A DNA stretch of 64,000 nucleotides from a virus. The position numbers were made by a program, and so were the translations under genes. The stretch is from IMG/VR virus record IMGVR_UViG_3300030333_008459, positions 1 to 64,000 of that record. The stretch is one strand, 5' to 3'. Below the pieces are notes generated by a model. The model had not been told where the DNA came from, did not search any database, and saw nothing but the letters and a program-made list of their open reading frames with translations. Below are positions 54,101 through 62,305 of the stretch, piece by piece (position 1 is the first letter of the stretch; each line of letters opens with the position of its first letter).

Positions 54101-57100
54101 GGCTATTTCTTGTTCTATCCTTTTTATCTCTTCTTTGATTATTTTTTCTTTTTCCGAAAGGGTCAAACTCTCACCAACGTTAGCAAATTCTGGACCTGCC
54201 ACTCTTCTTATATTCTTTAAAGCTTCTTCGGGTAAAAAACTACCCGACCCCGCTTGTAAATTTTTTAGAAAATTATCCAAGCTCCCTGCCCCGAAACCAC
54301 TTTTTCTAAGCAAGTTCCGAAAATCGTTTTCCTCTTTCTCAAAAGCTTTTCGACCTTCCTCAATGACGGGAATTAATCTTCTAATAGCTTCGTCAAATTC
54401 ACCCCTAGTTAAGACGGCTCCTTCAAACTCTCTTCCAGTTTCTGGGTCTCTAAACTTACCAAAAGTCCCTCCTCCTGGGCCTCTGGCTTCTTCTCTCAAA
54501 ACCTCTCTAACAAGCGCGGGATCTACATTAGCAAGACGGGCTTGTTGAAAAAGATTCTCGATATTCTTTCTAAATTCCTCGTCTTTTTTACCTAATGGGG
54601 TGTTTGCTATACCCACATCTCCAGTCATCCGTGCCTTTATCAATGCTTGAAATTGATCATTGAACTCAGCATTCGACAAAGCTTGGGCTGCTTGGAACTG
54701 ACGATCATCTAACCCAAATTCTCTAAAATCTCTCGATGCCTGTGACTTTAGTTGTCCTTGTTCTAAATTAGATAAATTATTCAGCTGTCTCGTAGCTCCT
54801 TTAGCGGCATCAGCTAATCTATTCATGTTTCTTGTGTTGAGTTCGTTAATGCCTCTTGACTCCATCAAAGCTTTATCAAGTCCGTTATAAACAGCTACTG
54901 TTGCCCCTATTGCTGCGCCAGCAATACTCAAACCACCCAAAAACTTTCCAAATCCAGCAGTGATTGTCTTGCTCGATGCCGCCATATCATTTGCAAAACC
55001 CTTTATTGCAGTCCCCGCAAAAGCTATAGTCGTTAGTGTGGTAACCATTTTGGTTAGTTCGTTCGTAACTTTTCCCATTTTGGTTTCAGCACCTGAAGTA
55101 GCTCCTTGTAATGCAGCCATCGCTGCTGTCACAGCGAAGATCGGGCCTAGTAGATCTCTCTGACCTCCTGGGGGTGTTGGCGCAGTTCCTCTGTTTAGAG
55201 AAGGAGCAGGGTTGCCGCCTCTTTGCCCAGGAACATTCACCGCAAGGTCTCTCCCTGTTGGAAACTGGTAATTTGGTATATACCCTCCAGCAAAAGGAAT
55301 AGCCCCAGTAGGCTCATCCCTTGTATTTGTCACAGCAAGACCCATTGGGTTGTCTTGATTTCTAAGTCGGGGGTCTTGATTTACTCTAATTTGGTTAATT
55401 GGTAAGCCAGCGGCACTTTCTCTTTGTATTGCGTCTTGCAGCGCTCCTCCACCATTAGCAAAGTTCGGTATGTAACCAGAAGCATTTCTTCTGAACGCGG
55501 CACCCGCTCCCCTTGGGTATACTAACGAACTCCCGCTTCCTACGCTGGGATTTAATTGTCTGACAAGAGATTGTTGCGCTGTGTTTAAGCTCGAAAATTG
55601 TGTGTTTGCTGATCGTCCTGTAGCTCTAGCCCCTTCTGCTCCTATTCGCTTACTGCCAAATCCTTTGCCGCCAAAACGCGCTTGCCCTTGTCCTCTAACG
55701 GCAAATATTTTTTGTGCGGTGCTTATAATATGTTTTAGATCATCATTTACTTTAGCTTCTCCTCCAAGCGACCCCACGTTCTCTCCTCTTATTCCAAACA
55801 AAGATCTTATATCAGCGTTAACTGGTGTATCAAGTCTGGTGTTGCCAGCAAATCCAGCCGCATCCTTAAATTCTTGACCCGATAAAAAAGCCTTAATCAT
55901 TGACTCAAACATCAAGCCCGAAACCCCACTAGTGTCTCCAGGTTTTATAAAGTTTTGTAAGAATTCCTTTTTACCACTTTCATTAAGAATCTTTTTAGAA
56001 TTAGGAAGTCTTTTGAAAAACTGAACAGAAAATCTACCAGATGTTTTTGCTAAACGTTCTGATATTGTTTTGGTGTCAAAAGGGGGTCTTCCTTTTTCAT
56101 TTGGCGCTATACCATAAGATGGGACTTTAATTTTAAAAGTCGGGCTAGCTTTATCATTTAGAATATTTTTTGGTATACTAGCCTCTTGAGATACAAATCT
56201 TTGAACGCCTTTTGTATCTGTGTATGAAAATACTTGGTTCGCTGGCTTGTCTCCCTTTCTAGCACCTATCAATAAAACAATACCATTGTCAGTATTCATT
56301 CCTCTCGGTTTCGCGAAATTAGGAATAAACCCTGTAGATGCCCCGATTTTCTTAGCTCCAGCAGGAAGACCCATCGAAGCAACCATGTCTTGGTTAAATA
56401 TAGCCGATCCGCTTTTTCCTGCAAAGTTTGGAACAATAAACTCGCTAGTATTAGCTACGACTGGTCCTCTCTGACCTCCTCCGAAATTAAAGTTGGGTAT
56501 AGTTACTGGGCGAGCAGAGGGAGGCGCTCCCCCTACTCCGCGAGCTATATCTTGTTGTTCTGATCCATAGCCTCTAACAGCATTAAAATTAGGAATATAT
56601 CCTCCAGCCGCTCTTCCTGCTCTAGCGCCAGCAGTCCCCCTAAGCACGGCAGGAGCTATTCGACCCGCAATACCTTGCATCTGAGTCATTATTCGCAACT
56701 GCTCGTTTAAAGCGGTTGTAAAGAATTTGATTTGAGCCGCTCGTTTTTGCTCGGTGCTTAGAGTGCTATTTTCAATGCTTAAAATTTGCTGCTGGATTCC
56801 CTTGTTACCCAAAAGCGTTGACGCTATTTGTCCTTGAAGTGTCGCTTGTTGTTGCGCGGCTTTATTCAGACCAAAGAAAGTTTTTAAAGACCCTACCCCA
56901 AACCTTACCAAATCAACGGTAAGTTTAGCAACAATAGCCCCAAATATAGCCAACCCAGGTCCAGCTAGAACTCCACCTATTCCTTTAACTATGCCTTTAG
57001 CAAAATCAGAACCAATACCTTCTCCTCCTAAAATTTCTTTGACATTGTTTACTAAACTATTAAAAAATCCTAACACATTTTGCAAGCTCTCGGTTATTCC

Positions 57101-58240
57101 TATCTTGCCAAGAGTGTCAGCTAATTCTTTAAGATTTATAGTTGCCTCATTGATAGCTGTTGAAAGAGTTTTATTTAAAGCAACGTTCCGTTGATAAGCC
57201 TCGTTTGTTGCTTTTGCGGCAACGTCAGTAATTTCTATAGCAGTTGATGTTTTTGAATTATAGTCATCAAGGATAGCCAAGAATGGAGCGATTTGGAATT
57301 TACCAACCAAGTTTTCAGCTATCTGAAGCTTTTGAGCGTCAGGGAGTTTTTGGATGGTGTCGGCTAAGTTTTGAATAAGTTTAGTTCCACTTAAAACTGC
57401 ACCTGAAGCGTCCTCGACTTGCACCCCTAATTGTTGCATGGTCTTAAGCTTGTCAAGACTCTGTATCCGAGTAAAAATTGTTTTAAAAGAGTTACCAATA
57501 ACAGCACCACCCCTCGCGGTTTTTTCTTGGACCGCCGAAATAACACCCACTAATTCATCTAGACTTACTCCAGCCTGAATTGCAACCGCACCTGATCGCT
57601 TGATACCTTCAATCAAATCTCTTTCTGATACAGCTGCTTTAATAGAAGCAGCAGAAAGCTTGTTCAAAACCTCGCTGCTCGTTACACCATCTTTATTAAA
57701 AGAGTTAATAGCGGCAGTTAGTCCTGCCACAGCCTCGGTCGCACCTAACCCAGACAAACGACTTAAAACCAAAGCATCATTCAATCTAGCTATAACCTGC
57801 TCTGTCTTTAAACCTTGACGGCTTAATTCCAATGCTGCACCCGCAACTGTATCAAACGATTGTTCTGTATTTCGAGCTACATCAAAAATTGTTCTCTTAA
57901 ATGCTTCTAGTTGGGTAGTTGTTTGTCCTAAGATAGTATTGATGCTAGCCATTTGTTTTTCAACCTGAATGGTAGTGCTAACCAACTCTTTAAATCCTTG
58001 AGTGACTGCGTTAAGAACCCCAACAGAAGCGCCGAAAGCTAACACCCTTGCGTTAGCCGCTTCCATCGACTTCGTAAACTGGTCTGCCTTACCAGTAATG
58101 CGCCCCAAAGGTTGAGATAAACCTTCAATACTTTTGGCGCTAGTGCCTAAATTTATCTTAAGATTTTTACCAGCTTTCTTCGCTTGAGCCTCAATGCTAG
58201 CTTGTAATCCTGTAACTGTTGCTGGTATTCTTAATGGCAT
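51197..58240 (-). CDS. Tail tape measure protein (TP901-like N-terminal core)
   Basis: 2347 aa; A.ELSRQG, E.TARGGAVIGNSFKTIFTRI core; long helical region; two GG....D.VP..L.GGEFV motifs; C-terminal I..E.R.GG.L. Confidence 0.92.
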   Translation of the reverse strand: MPLRIPATVTGLQASIEAQAKKAGKNLKINLGTSAKSIEGLSQPLGRITGKADQFTKSMEAANARVLAFGASVGVLNAVTQGFKELVSTTIQVEKQMASINTILGQTTTQLEAFKRTIFDVARNTEQSFDTVAGAALELSRQGLKTEQVIARLNDALVLSRLSGLGATEAVAGLTAAINSFNKDGVTSSEVLNKLSAASIKAAVSERDLIEGIKRSGAVAIQAGVSLDELVGVISAVQEKTARGGAVIGNSFKTIFTRIQSLDKLKTMQQLGVQVEDASGAVLSGTKLIQNLADTIQKLPDAQKLQIAENLVGKFQIAPFLAILDDYNSKTSTAIEITDVAAKATNEAYQRNVALNKTLSTAINEATINLKELADTLGKIGITESLQNVLGFFNSLVNNVKEILGGEGIGSDFAKGIVKGIGGVLAGPGLAIFGAIVAKLTVDLVRFGVGSLKTFFGLNKAAQQQATLQGQIASTLLGNKGIQQQILSIENSTLSTEQKRAAQIKFFTTALNEQLRIMTQMQGIAGRIAPAVLRGTAGARAGRAAGGYIPNFNAVRGYGSEQQDIARGVGGAPPSARPVTIPNFNFGGGQRGPVVANTSEFIVPNFAGKSGSAIFNQDMVASMGLPAGAKKIGASTGFIPNFAKPRGMNTDNGIVLLIGARKGDKPANQVFSYTDTKGVQRFVSQEASIPKNILNDKASPTFKIKVPSYGIAPNEKGRPPFDTKTISERLAKTSGRFSVQFFKRLPNSKKILNESGKKEFLQNFIKPGDTSGVSGLMFESMIKAFLSGQEFKDAAGFAGNTRLDTPVNADIRSLFGIRGENVGSLGGEAKVNDDLKHIISTAQKIFAVRGQGQARFGGKGFGSKRIGAEGARATGRSANTQFSSLNTAQQSLVRQLNPSVGSGSSLVYPRGAGAAFRRNASGYIPNFANGGGALQDAIQRESAAGLPINQIRVNQDPRLRNQDNPMGLAVTNTRDEPTGAIPFAGGYIPNYQFPTGRDLAVNVPGQRGGNPAPSLNRGTAPTPPGGQRDLLGPIFAVTAAMAALQGATSGAETKMGKVTNELTKMVTTLTTIAFAGTAIKGFANDMAASSKTITAGFGKFLGGLSIAGAAIGATVAVYNGLDKALMESRGINELNTRNMNRLADAAKGATRQLNNLSNLEQGQLKSQASRDFREFGLDDRQFQAAQALSNAEFNDQFQALIKARMTGDVGIANTPLGKKDEEFRKNIENLFQQARLANVDPALVREVLREEARGPGGGTFGKFRDPETGREFEGAVLTRGEFDEAIRRLIPVIEEGRKAFEKEENDFRNLLRKSGFGAGSLDNFLKNLQAGSGSFLPEEALKNIRRVAGPEFANVGESLTLSEKEKIIKEEIKRIEQEIAATADEGRREELKLTKELLKGALDKRQVELTTTKDFDRRIKLAESLGTLNKDELRNLRTQKLEFELNNKLLKRRFELVKQAIDSVEGLSANEQQRLDLQDELSKLTVKQLTDANAIAAVIQKVLGFDNKRNINAEEIAKNMVKIVEAGDGSVEAANAFELATKKAADNTDRIRDNLDTARTLLDLQIGKDAFDQVFQSNEDIADLERLKRDAQRTLDQGGLNPEQREGLQRQIRGLNFGIETSRAGEREARLLERARSFDLGPTFNTRGQQLRGQELRTAGFKEEDIADIQKGARLDLKKRIAEAKTTEEAFKIIEDSLKNLTDTETVQIKKRLEALKQETELSRQSTEATLAQSKAELELIGIRIKTANDLQESSRQLEKVGFGGAGLAAARRAAAVAGGPADVEPSIIQDASDKRRSVLQRLRERPEFDAINNADTLATTIENAAINFKNTMSDALVDAIARGESLGDALRAAATDFFSLLAKGFMQSAVDQITGVGLGKGGGGGFNLLSFLFGGEKKNRGGIITGGSGTRDDVPTLLTGGEFVIRRASVNRYGRAFLEDLNEGNVPQMQAGGFYSPGTFGQGSITGSRDLLRFATQSSTSGQFDRVGGGEGLGFASLEPMSARLTMFGRRNSPLFQREQESQREAFGLFARQSQLEEQLREQREQQRRALLGSVISAVVAAGVSGLVNQGGGESGGVESAGLSSDSGAGIMLGGGASGVLSNSSGEGGGFFARAGRAIGNFFNMGQASAIENLDNVTSENIQEINQAAARVGNTVGTGFTGGVRPSRFRFRPGPSSFADTATAGAAGVLPPLGTPRNVVTPQTEAELQAWLRSNSAAGINLDKHATGGYISPTAGVDTVPSMLSGGEFVMNAAATQRIGRGNLSNLNGGGSLEGGTEAIVSRLDQLINVSGEGGETVINITVNSDGTQTTEGGGDEEQQTLALRIRDVVRQTIEEEKRLGGSLRR

Positions 58241-58261
58241 CTCCGTAAACCTTTGTATTAT

Positions 58262-58279
58262 TTACACAAAGATTTACAC
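58262..58279 (-). promoter_or_regulatory. Tandem TGTGTAAAT motifs upstream of the TMP gene
   Basis: Two GTGTAA copies at 58262-58267 and 58274-58279. Confidence 0.55.
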
Positions 58280-59257
58280 ATCATGCCCAGCTAATCGCAT
58301 CATTTGTTCCATATTAAGCTGCCCCCCATGTTTTTCTGCTTCTTCAGATAAAGCTTTATTGCCTTGAGCAGCATCAAACGTTTTCATATCAGATTTTGTA
58401 GCCCCAAAAACAAAAGAAGAATCAGCGTCATCTTTTATTCCTGTTTTTCTTTTATCCTTATTTCTTTGAGCGTCAGAAAAAGCCAAAAGTTTTTCAGGAT
58501 CTTGTTTTATATTGTCAGGGATATCATCTGTGTTTTGGAAAATATTAAAAAACATTCTCCCATACAAAGCCACACGCAATTGATAAACACTTAAAGCTGT
58601 AACTGGTTTACGGTAAAAACCATAAACATCCTCACAAAGAGACAGATACATAGAAAAAAAAGGACGCAACACAGCTTCTTGTATTTTAAGATCAGTAAAC
58701 CTTTCTCCTATATCTGCTTGAGCCATATTAATCTTAATGACTTCCCAGCTCTCCAACCTCCCGAACTCCTCCTCTGTATATAAGTGTTCTGTTAAATCAG
58801 GATCTTTAAATAATAAAAATCTTAAAATTTCATCACTGCTTCTAGTCGTCGCATATTCTTCAGCAGTTTTCCCTATAACCTCCTGTCTTTTTGTTAGCAA
58901 CTCTGCTAGTTCTTTTTGTTTTTCCTTTATAGTATTATGCATCTCCTCTCTTTGAGATGGCAGAGGTAAAAGGTTTTGGGTATTTTTTAGATTTTTTATT
59001 TCAAATTCTTTAGAGGCTATTTCGCTATCTTCCTCATGAGACCAAATTTCCTCCTCTATAACATATTTAAGCCTGTCTTTTTCGGATTCTAAACCTCTAG
59101 ACAAAGCTAAGTTTTTATATTTTTCATAATACTTATGTAAATATCTTTGGTCTTTCAAGCTAATATGCTTAAAATAAGCTTCCTTGCCTTCTATTTGAGC
59201 TTCTGTGTATCCATCAAAAGCTTCCCCGACTAAGGAGATGTATAGTTCGTCATTCAA
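58274..59257 (-). CDS. Putative tail assembly chaperone (downstream, gpT-position gene)
   Basis: Directly precedes the TMP; TTG start overlaps the upstream stop; coiled-coil insert. Confidence 0.55.
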   Translation of the reverse strand: MNDELYISLVGEAFDGYTEAQIEGKEAYFKHISLKDQRYLHKYYEKYKNLALSRGLESEKDRLKYVIEEEIWSHEEDSEIASKEFEIKNLKNTQNLLPLPSQREEMHNTIKEKQKELAELLTKRQEVIGKTAEEYATTRSSDEILRFLLFKDPDLTEHLYTEEEFGRLESWEVIKINMAQADIGERFTDLKIQEAVLRPFFSMYLSLCEDVYGFYRKPVTALSVYQLRVALYGRMFFNIFQNTDDIPDNIKQDPEKLLAFSDAQRNKDKRKTGIKDDADSSFVFGATKSDMKTFDAAQGNKALSEEAEKHGGQLNMEQMMRLAGHDV

Positions 59258-60009
59258 AGATCGCCTTTTTCCACTTGCTCGATAAGATTATTGAACTCAT
59301 CAGGGGTGGAGGCTTGATTGAAGAACCAAAACGCTAGAATGGTGGTGACCTTTTTTACCACAGCAAGATAAAAATCATCTGACACATCTTCTTTTAAATA
59401 GTAATCTTCTATCTTTTGTTCAAAATCTTCCCCCTCAAAATAAGAAACAGGTTGCTCATCATCTTCTCTTTGAACATGAGTTAGCATTAAGGTATACCAC
59501 AACAAAAGACGGTTTTGGGCTTTTACGTCAGCAGTATGATCAAAAAGAGACTGCATAGAAGACTCGGCATCTACGATCTTTCTACGGGCAACTGAAAGCT
59601 CATTCTTAAGTTCTTCTAAACGTTCTTTTTGTTTATCGCTCTTTTTTTCTATAGTTTCCAATCGAGCATACTCATTCTGAATGTCAAAAATTTCTTTATA
59701 CAACTTACCATAATCTTTTGCATCATCTTCTGACCATACGCCCCCTGTATCGCTGTATTTTTTGTAGAGCATTGCTTTAGTTAGAATACCACGTTTCACA
59801 CAACGGCTCATTTCGACAGAATATTCCAATTCTGCATCTTCTAACTCGCGACGAGAAGGTCTCTTTAACCTGACCTGAACAGGGACTTTCTCTGTTACTT
59901 TCTTTGTAACAGTAGTTTCCTCTCCTGTTTTTTTATTTTTTCGAGTGTGCGTCTTCTCTACTTCTTTTTCTTCATCCAAAGTGAACGAATATAATTCTTT
60001 AAATTCCAT
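59254..60009 (-). CDS. Putative tail assembly chaperone (upstream, gpG-position gene)
   Basis: Acidic, helical, 'V.LKRPSR.E' pattern; second gene before the TMP. Confidence 0.55.
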   Translation of the reverse strand: MEFKELYSFTLDEEKEVEKTHTRKNKKTGEETTVTKKVTEKVPVQVRLKRPSRRELEDAELEYSVEMSRCVKRGILTKAMLYKKYSDTGGVWSEDDAKDYGKLYKEIFDIQNEYARLETIEKKSDKQKERLEELKNELSVARRKIVDAESSMQSLFDHTADVKAQNRLLLWYTLMLTHVQREDDEQPVSYFEGEDFEQKIEDYYLKEDVSDDFYLAVVKKVTTILAFWFFNQASTPDEFNNLIEQVEKGDL

Positions 60010-60020
60010 AACCTTATTCC

Positions 60021-60308
60021 TTATTTAAAAACGAAACTTATACTGTAATTATTTAAGTTAGAATCAAAATTTCTAATTGATTCGTTACCAATATCTAAAA
60101 TTCTTTTTCTGATCCAGTTAACTTTTTGAGGCGTAAAGTGATTAGCTGTATTAATGATTGCATGATATTTTTCAGGGATGTTTTGATAAAGTTTTTCATA
60201 ATGAAAATCATGATCCATTTTCATATCCTCAACCATCACTAGCATCGTCTTAAAAAGCCTTGAAATTTCACTATTAGACGATTTACTTAAATTTTTTTTA
60301 GCGTCCAT
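60021..60308 (-). CDS. Hypothetical protein
   Basis: 95-aa ORF with RKRILD.GN motif. Confidence 0.7.
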   Translation of the reverse strand: MDAKKNLSKSSNSEISRLFKTMLVMVEDMKMDHDFHYEKLYQNIPEKYHAIINTANHFTPQKVNWIRKRILDIGNESIRNFDSNLNNYSISFVFK

Positions 60309-60324
60309 GCCTTAAACCTATCTT

Positions 60325-60352
60325 ATTATATAATTTAAAGTGTAAAAATCAA
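60325..60352 (-). promoter_or_regulatory. Sigma70-type promoter overlapping a divergent GTGTAA motif (60340-60345, + strand)
   Basis: Minus strand TTGATT-16 bp-TATAAT; plus strand GTGTAA 8 nt before the ATG at 60354. Confidence 0.6.
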
Positions 60353-60353
60353 T

Positions 60354-60821
60354 ATGGCAGGGTTTTTAAGCACAGATCAAATAAACAAAGTCAGAGACCT
60401 TATGGGGACTTTGCATACGACATTTGCCAGAACTATAACAGTTTATAAGACCGCAAAAAAAACATTGATAGCTTCCACTACTTCGTGGAACTCTCTTTAT
60501 GGTAGGACTAATACAGGCTCAAATGATTCTGTTGAATACACAATAGTTTCAGAAACTTTTCAAGCTAGAATCTACTACGACGATATGGATACAGCCTATC
60601 TCACAGATGATGGGCCGTCCGAACAAGCAGGAACACAAAATAAAGTTGTTGTTTCTGATGGCACAGTAAGAATAGTGGTAGAAGAAGATGCCTATGACTA
60701 TCTTAGCGAATCTCGCAGGGTAGAATTTGACGGAACAAAATTTATTATAGAAAGTGATGGACAGCCCCGAGGTTTCACATCAAACCAATTTTATACTTTC
60801 ATCCTTACTCCTACTGAATAA
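60354..60821 (+). CDS. Putative head-closure / head-tail joining protein
   Basis: Beta-rich 155 aa (..TF.R.ITVYK...FQARI.Y...RVEFDG.KF.I); first gene of the neck-to-tube series. Confidence 0.45.
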   Translation: MAGFLSTDQINKVRDLMGTLHTTFARTITVYKTAKKTLIASTTSWNSLYGRTNTGSNDSVEYTIVSETFQARIYYDDMDTAYLTDDGPSEQAGTQNKVVVSDGTVRIVVEEDAYDYLSESRRVEFDGTKFIIESDGQPRGFTSNQFYTFILTPTE

Positions 60822-61408
60822 TGGCATCTTTAGAACCAGATGTGATTGCAGCTCTGAGCCGCCAAGTTCCTAAATTAACACGAAATAATTTAGAAAAAGA
60901 GACGCGCAGAAAATTTAAAGAGCTTAAAGGTCAAATGATAAGCGAGTTTCTCGCTCTACCTGTCACTCAGGAAATAATGGCTGGGCCAAACGGAGTAAAT
61001 ATTAGTGGCAGTTTAGGAGGCGTAAGTAATCTTTTTGCGTTCATAGGTTTTAATCAGGGAGATGATCCTATTGCCCCCATTTTAACTTTATTAGAAGCGG
61101 TTAACCTTCAATACGATTCAGATATAAAAAGATCTACTAGAGGGTTTGGTGTTAATTTTAAGGTAAATTTACCTCTACCTGAAGAAATTTTTGCAATTAC
61201 ACCTTTACCTTGGGCTACAGGTAGAAGCTGGGCCGAAGGAATTGAACGGGGTCTATCTGGTCTGGGTCACTTATTAAAGAAAAGCAAGGGTAGATCAGGC
61301 GCGGCTATCCAAACCCGTGTAAAAGTAAGAGGCGGTAAATTTCAAAATACCCCTTATATTTCAGCCTTTCTTAAAAAATATAAACAAAAGTTTGAACAAT
61401 TGAAATGA
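60821..61408 (+). CDS. Putative neck / tail-completion protein
   Basis: Position between the head-closure-like and terminator-like genes; basic C-terminus ending 'PYI...L'. Confidence 0.4.
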   Translation: MASLEPDVIAALSRQVPKLTRNNLEKETRRKFKELKGQMISEFLALPVTQEIMAGPNGVNISGSLGGVSNLFAFIGFNQGDDPIAPILTLLEAVNLQYDSDIKRSTRGFGVNFKVNLPLPEEIFAITPLPWATGRSWAEGIERGLSGLGHLLKKSKGRSGAAIQTRVKVRGGKFQNTPYISAFLKKYKQKFEQLK

Positions 61409-62253
61409 AGGAGCAATTCCAACACAAATTAACCACATCTTTTTTTCTGTGGTTTGATAATTTTCTACTTAAAAAGGGAGAAGCTTTTAGTAATAAAACA
61501 GGAACTTTTTTTAATTATTCAGACACATTGCTTGATTCTGATTATACCCCTTATGGTAGTCCTTATAAGCAATGGGTCACTGATTCATCTATTTCAGGAG
61601 CCACCATTCCTACGGGAGTTTTCATTGATGGCAGCTTTTCAGGCAGAAACAACGGTGTTGTTTTGGACTTTTCTAATGGTAGAGCTTTGGTTTCAGGATC
61701 TGTAACAGACTCTACAATAACAGGAGAATTTGCAGTTAAAGACTTCAGTGTTTATTTAACCAACGATACAGAAGACGATTTAATTGTTGAAAATAAATAT
61801 GTTGTTAATTCTCGTCTTCCCTCAGGACCAGACACCTATATCGCTCCTTATGACGATGTGGTCCCCGCCGTATTTCTATCTACGTCAGTAAGCGAAAACA
61901 AGCCCTTTGCTTTCGGAGGTATGGAAAACACAAATATTCACGCTAACGCCGTAGTCTTAGCAGAAGACACTTATCAGTTAGATGGTGTTTTGTCTATTTT
62001 TATGGATTCTGTAAACGAATCTTTTACCCCAATTCCAATGAGCGGTTACCCTATAACTGAGTTAGGAGATCTGAAAGGGGATACTTATAGTTATACAGAT
62101 GCCATAAGTCCTTATAGCGATGAAGAAAAATTTATTGTAAACAAAGTCAGAGTATCAAAACTAACCGACCGAACAAGAAAAAACTTAGCGAATGAGCTTT
62201 ATATAGGGTTTATTGATTTTGATTTAATAAAAAACAGGATGCGCTTTGAGTAG
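61405..62253 (+). CDS. Putative tail terminator / structural protein
   Basis: Immediately upstream of the tube gene; PAVFL.....N.PFAFGG motif. Confidence 0.45.
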   Translation: MKEQFQHKLTTSFFLWFDNFLLKKGEAFSNKTGTFFNYSDTLLDSDYTPYGSPYKQWVTDSSISGATIPTGVFIDGSFSGRNNGVVLDFSNGRALVSGSVTDSTITGEFAVKDFSVYLTNDTEDDLIVENKYVVNSRLPSGPDTYIAPYDDVVPAVFLSTSVSENKPFAFGGMENTNIHANAVVLAEDTYQLDGVLSIFMDSVNESFTPIPMSGYPITELGDLKGDTYSYTDAISPYSDEEKFIVNKVRVSKLTDRTRKNLANELYIGFIDFDLIKNRMRFE

Positions 62254-62305
62254 TAATTTCACATTTTAATAATAAAACTGTAAACAAAGGAAAGAATCTT
62301 TTATC

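Noticed and set aside
51462-57818. Plus-strand ORFs (up to 213 aa) within the TMP gene
   Set aside because: Antisense by-products of Gly/Ala-rich codon usage with no recognisable motifs.
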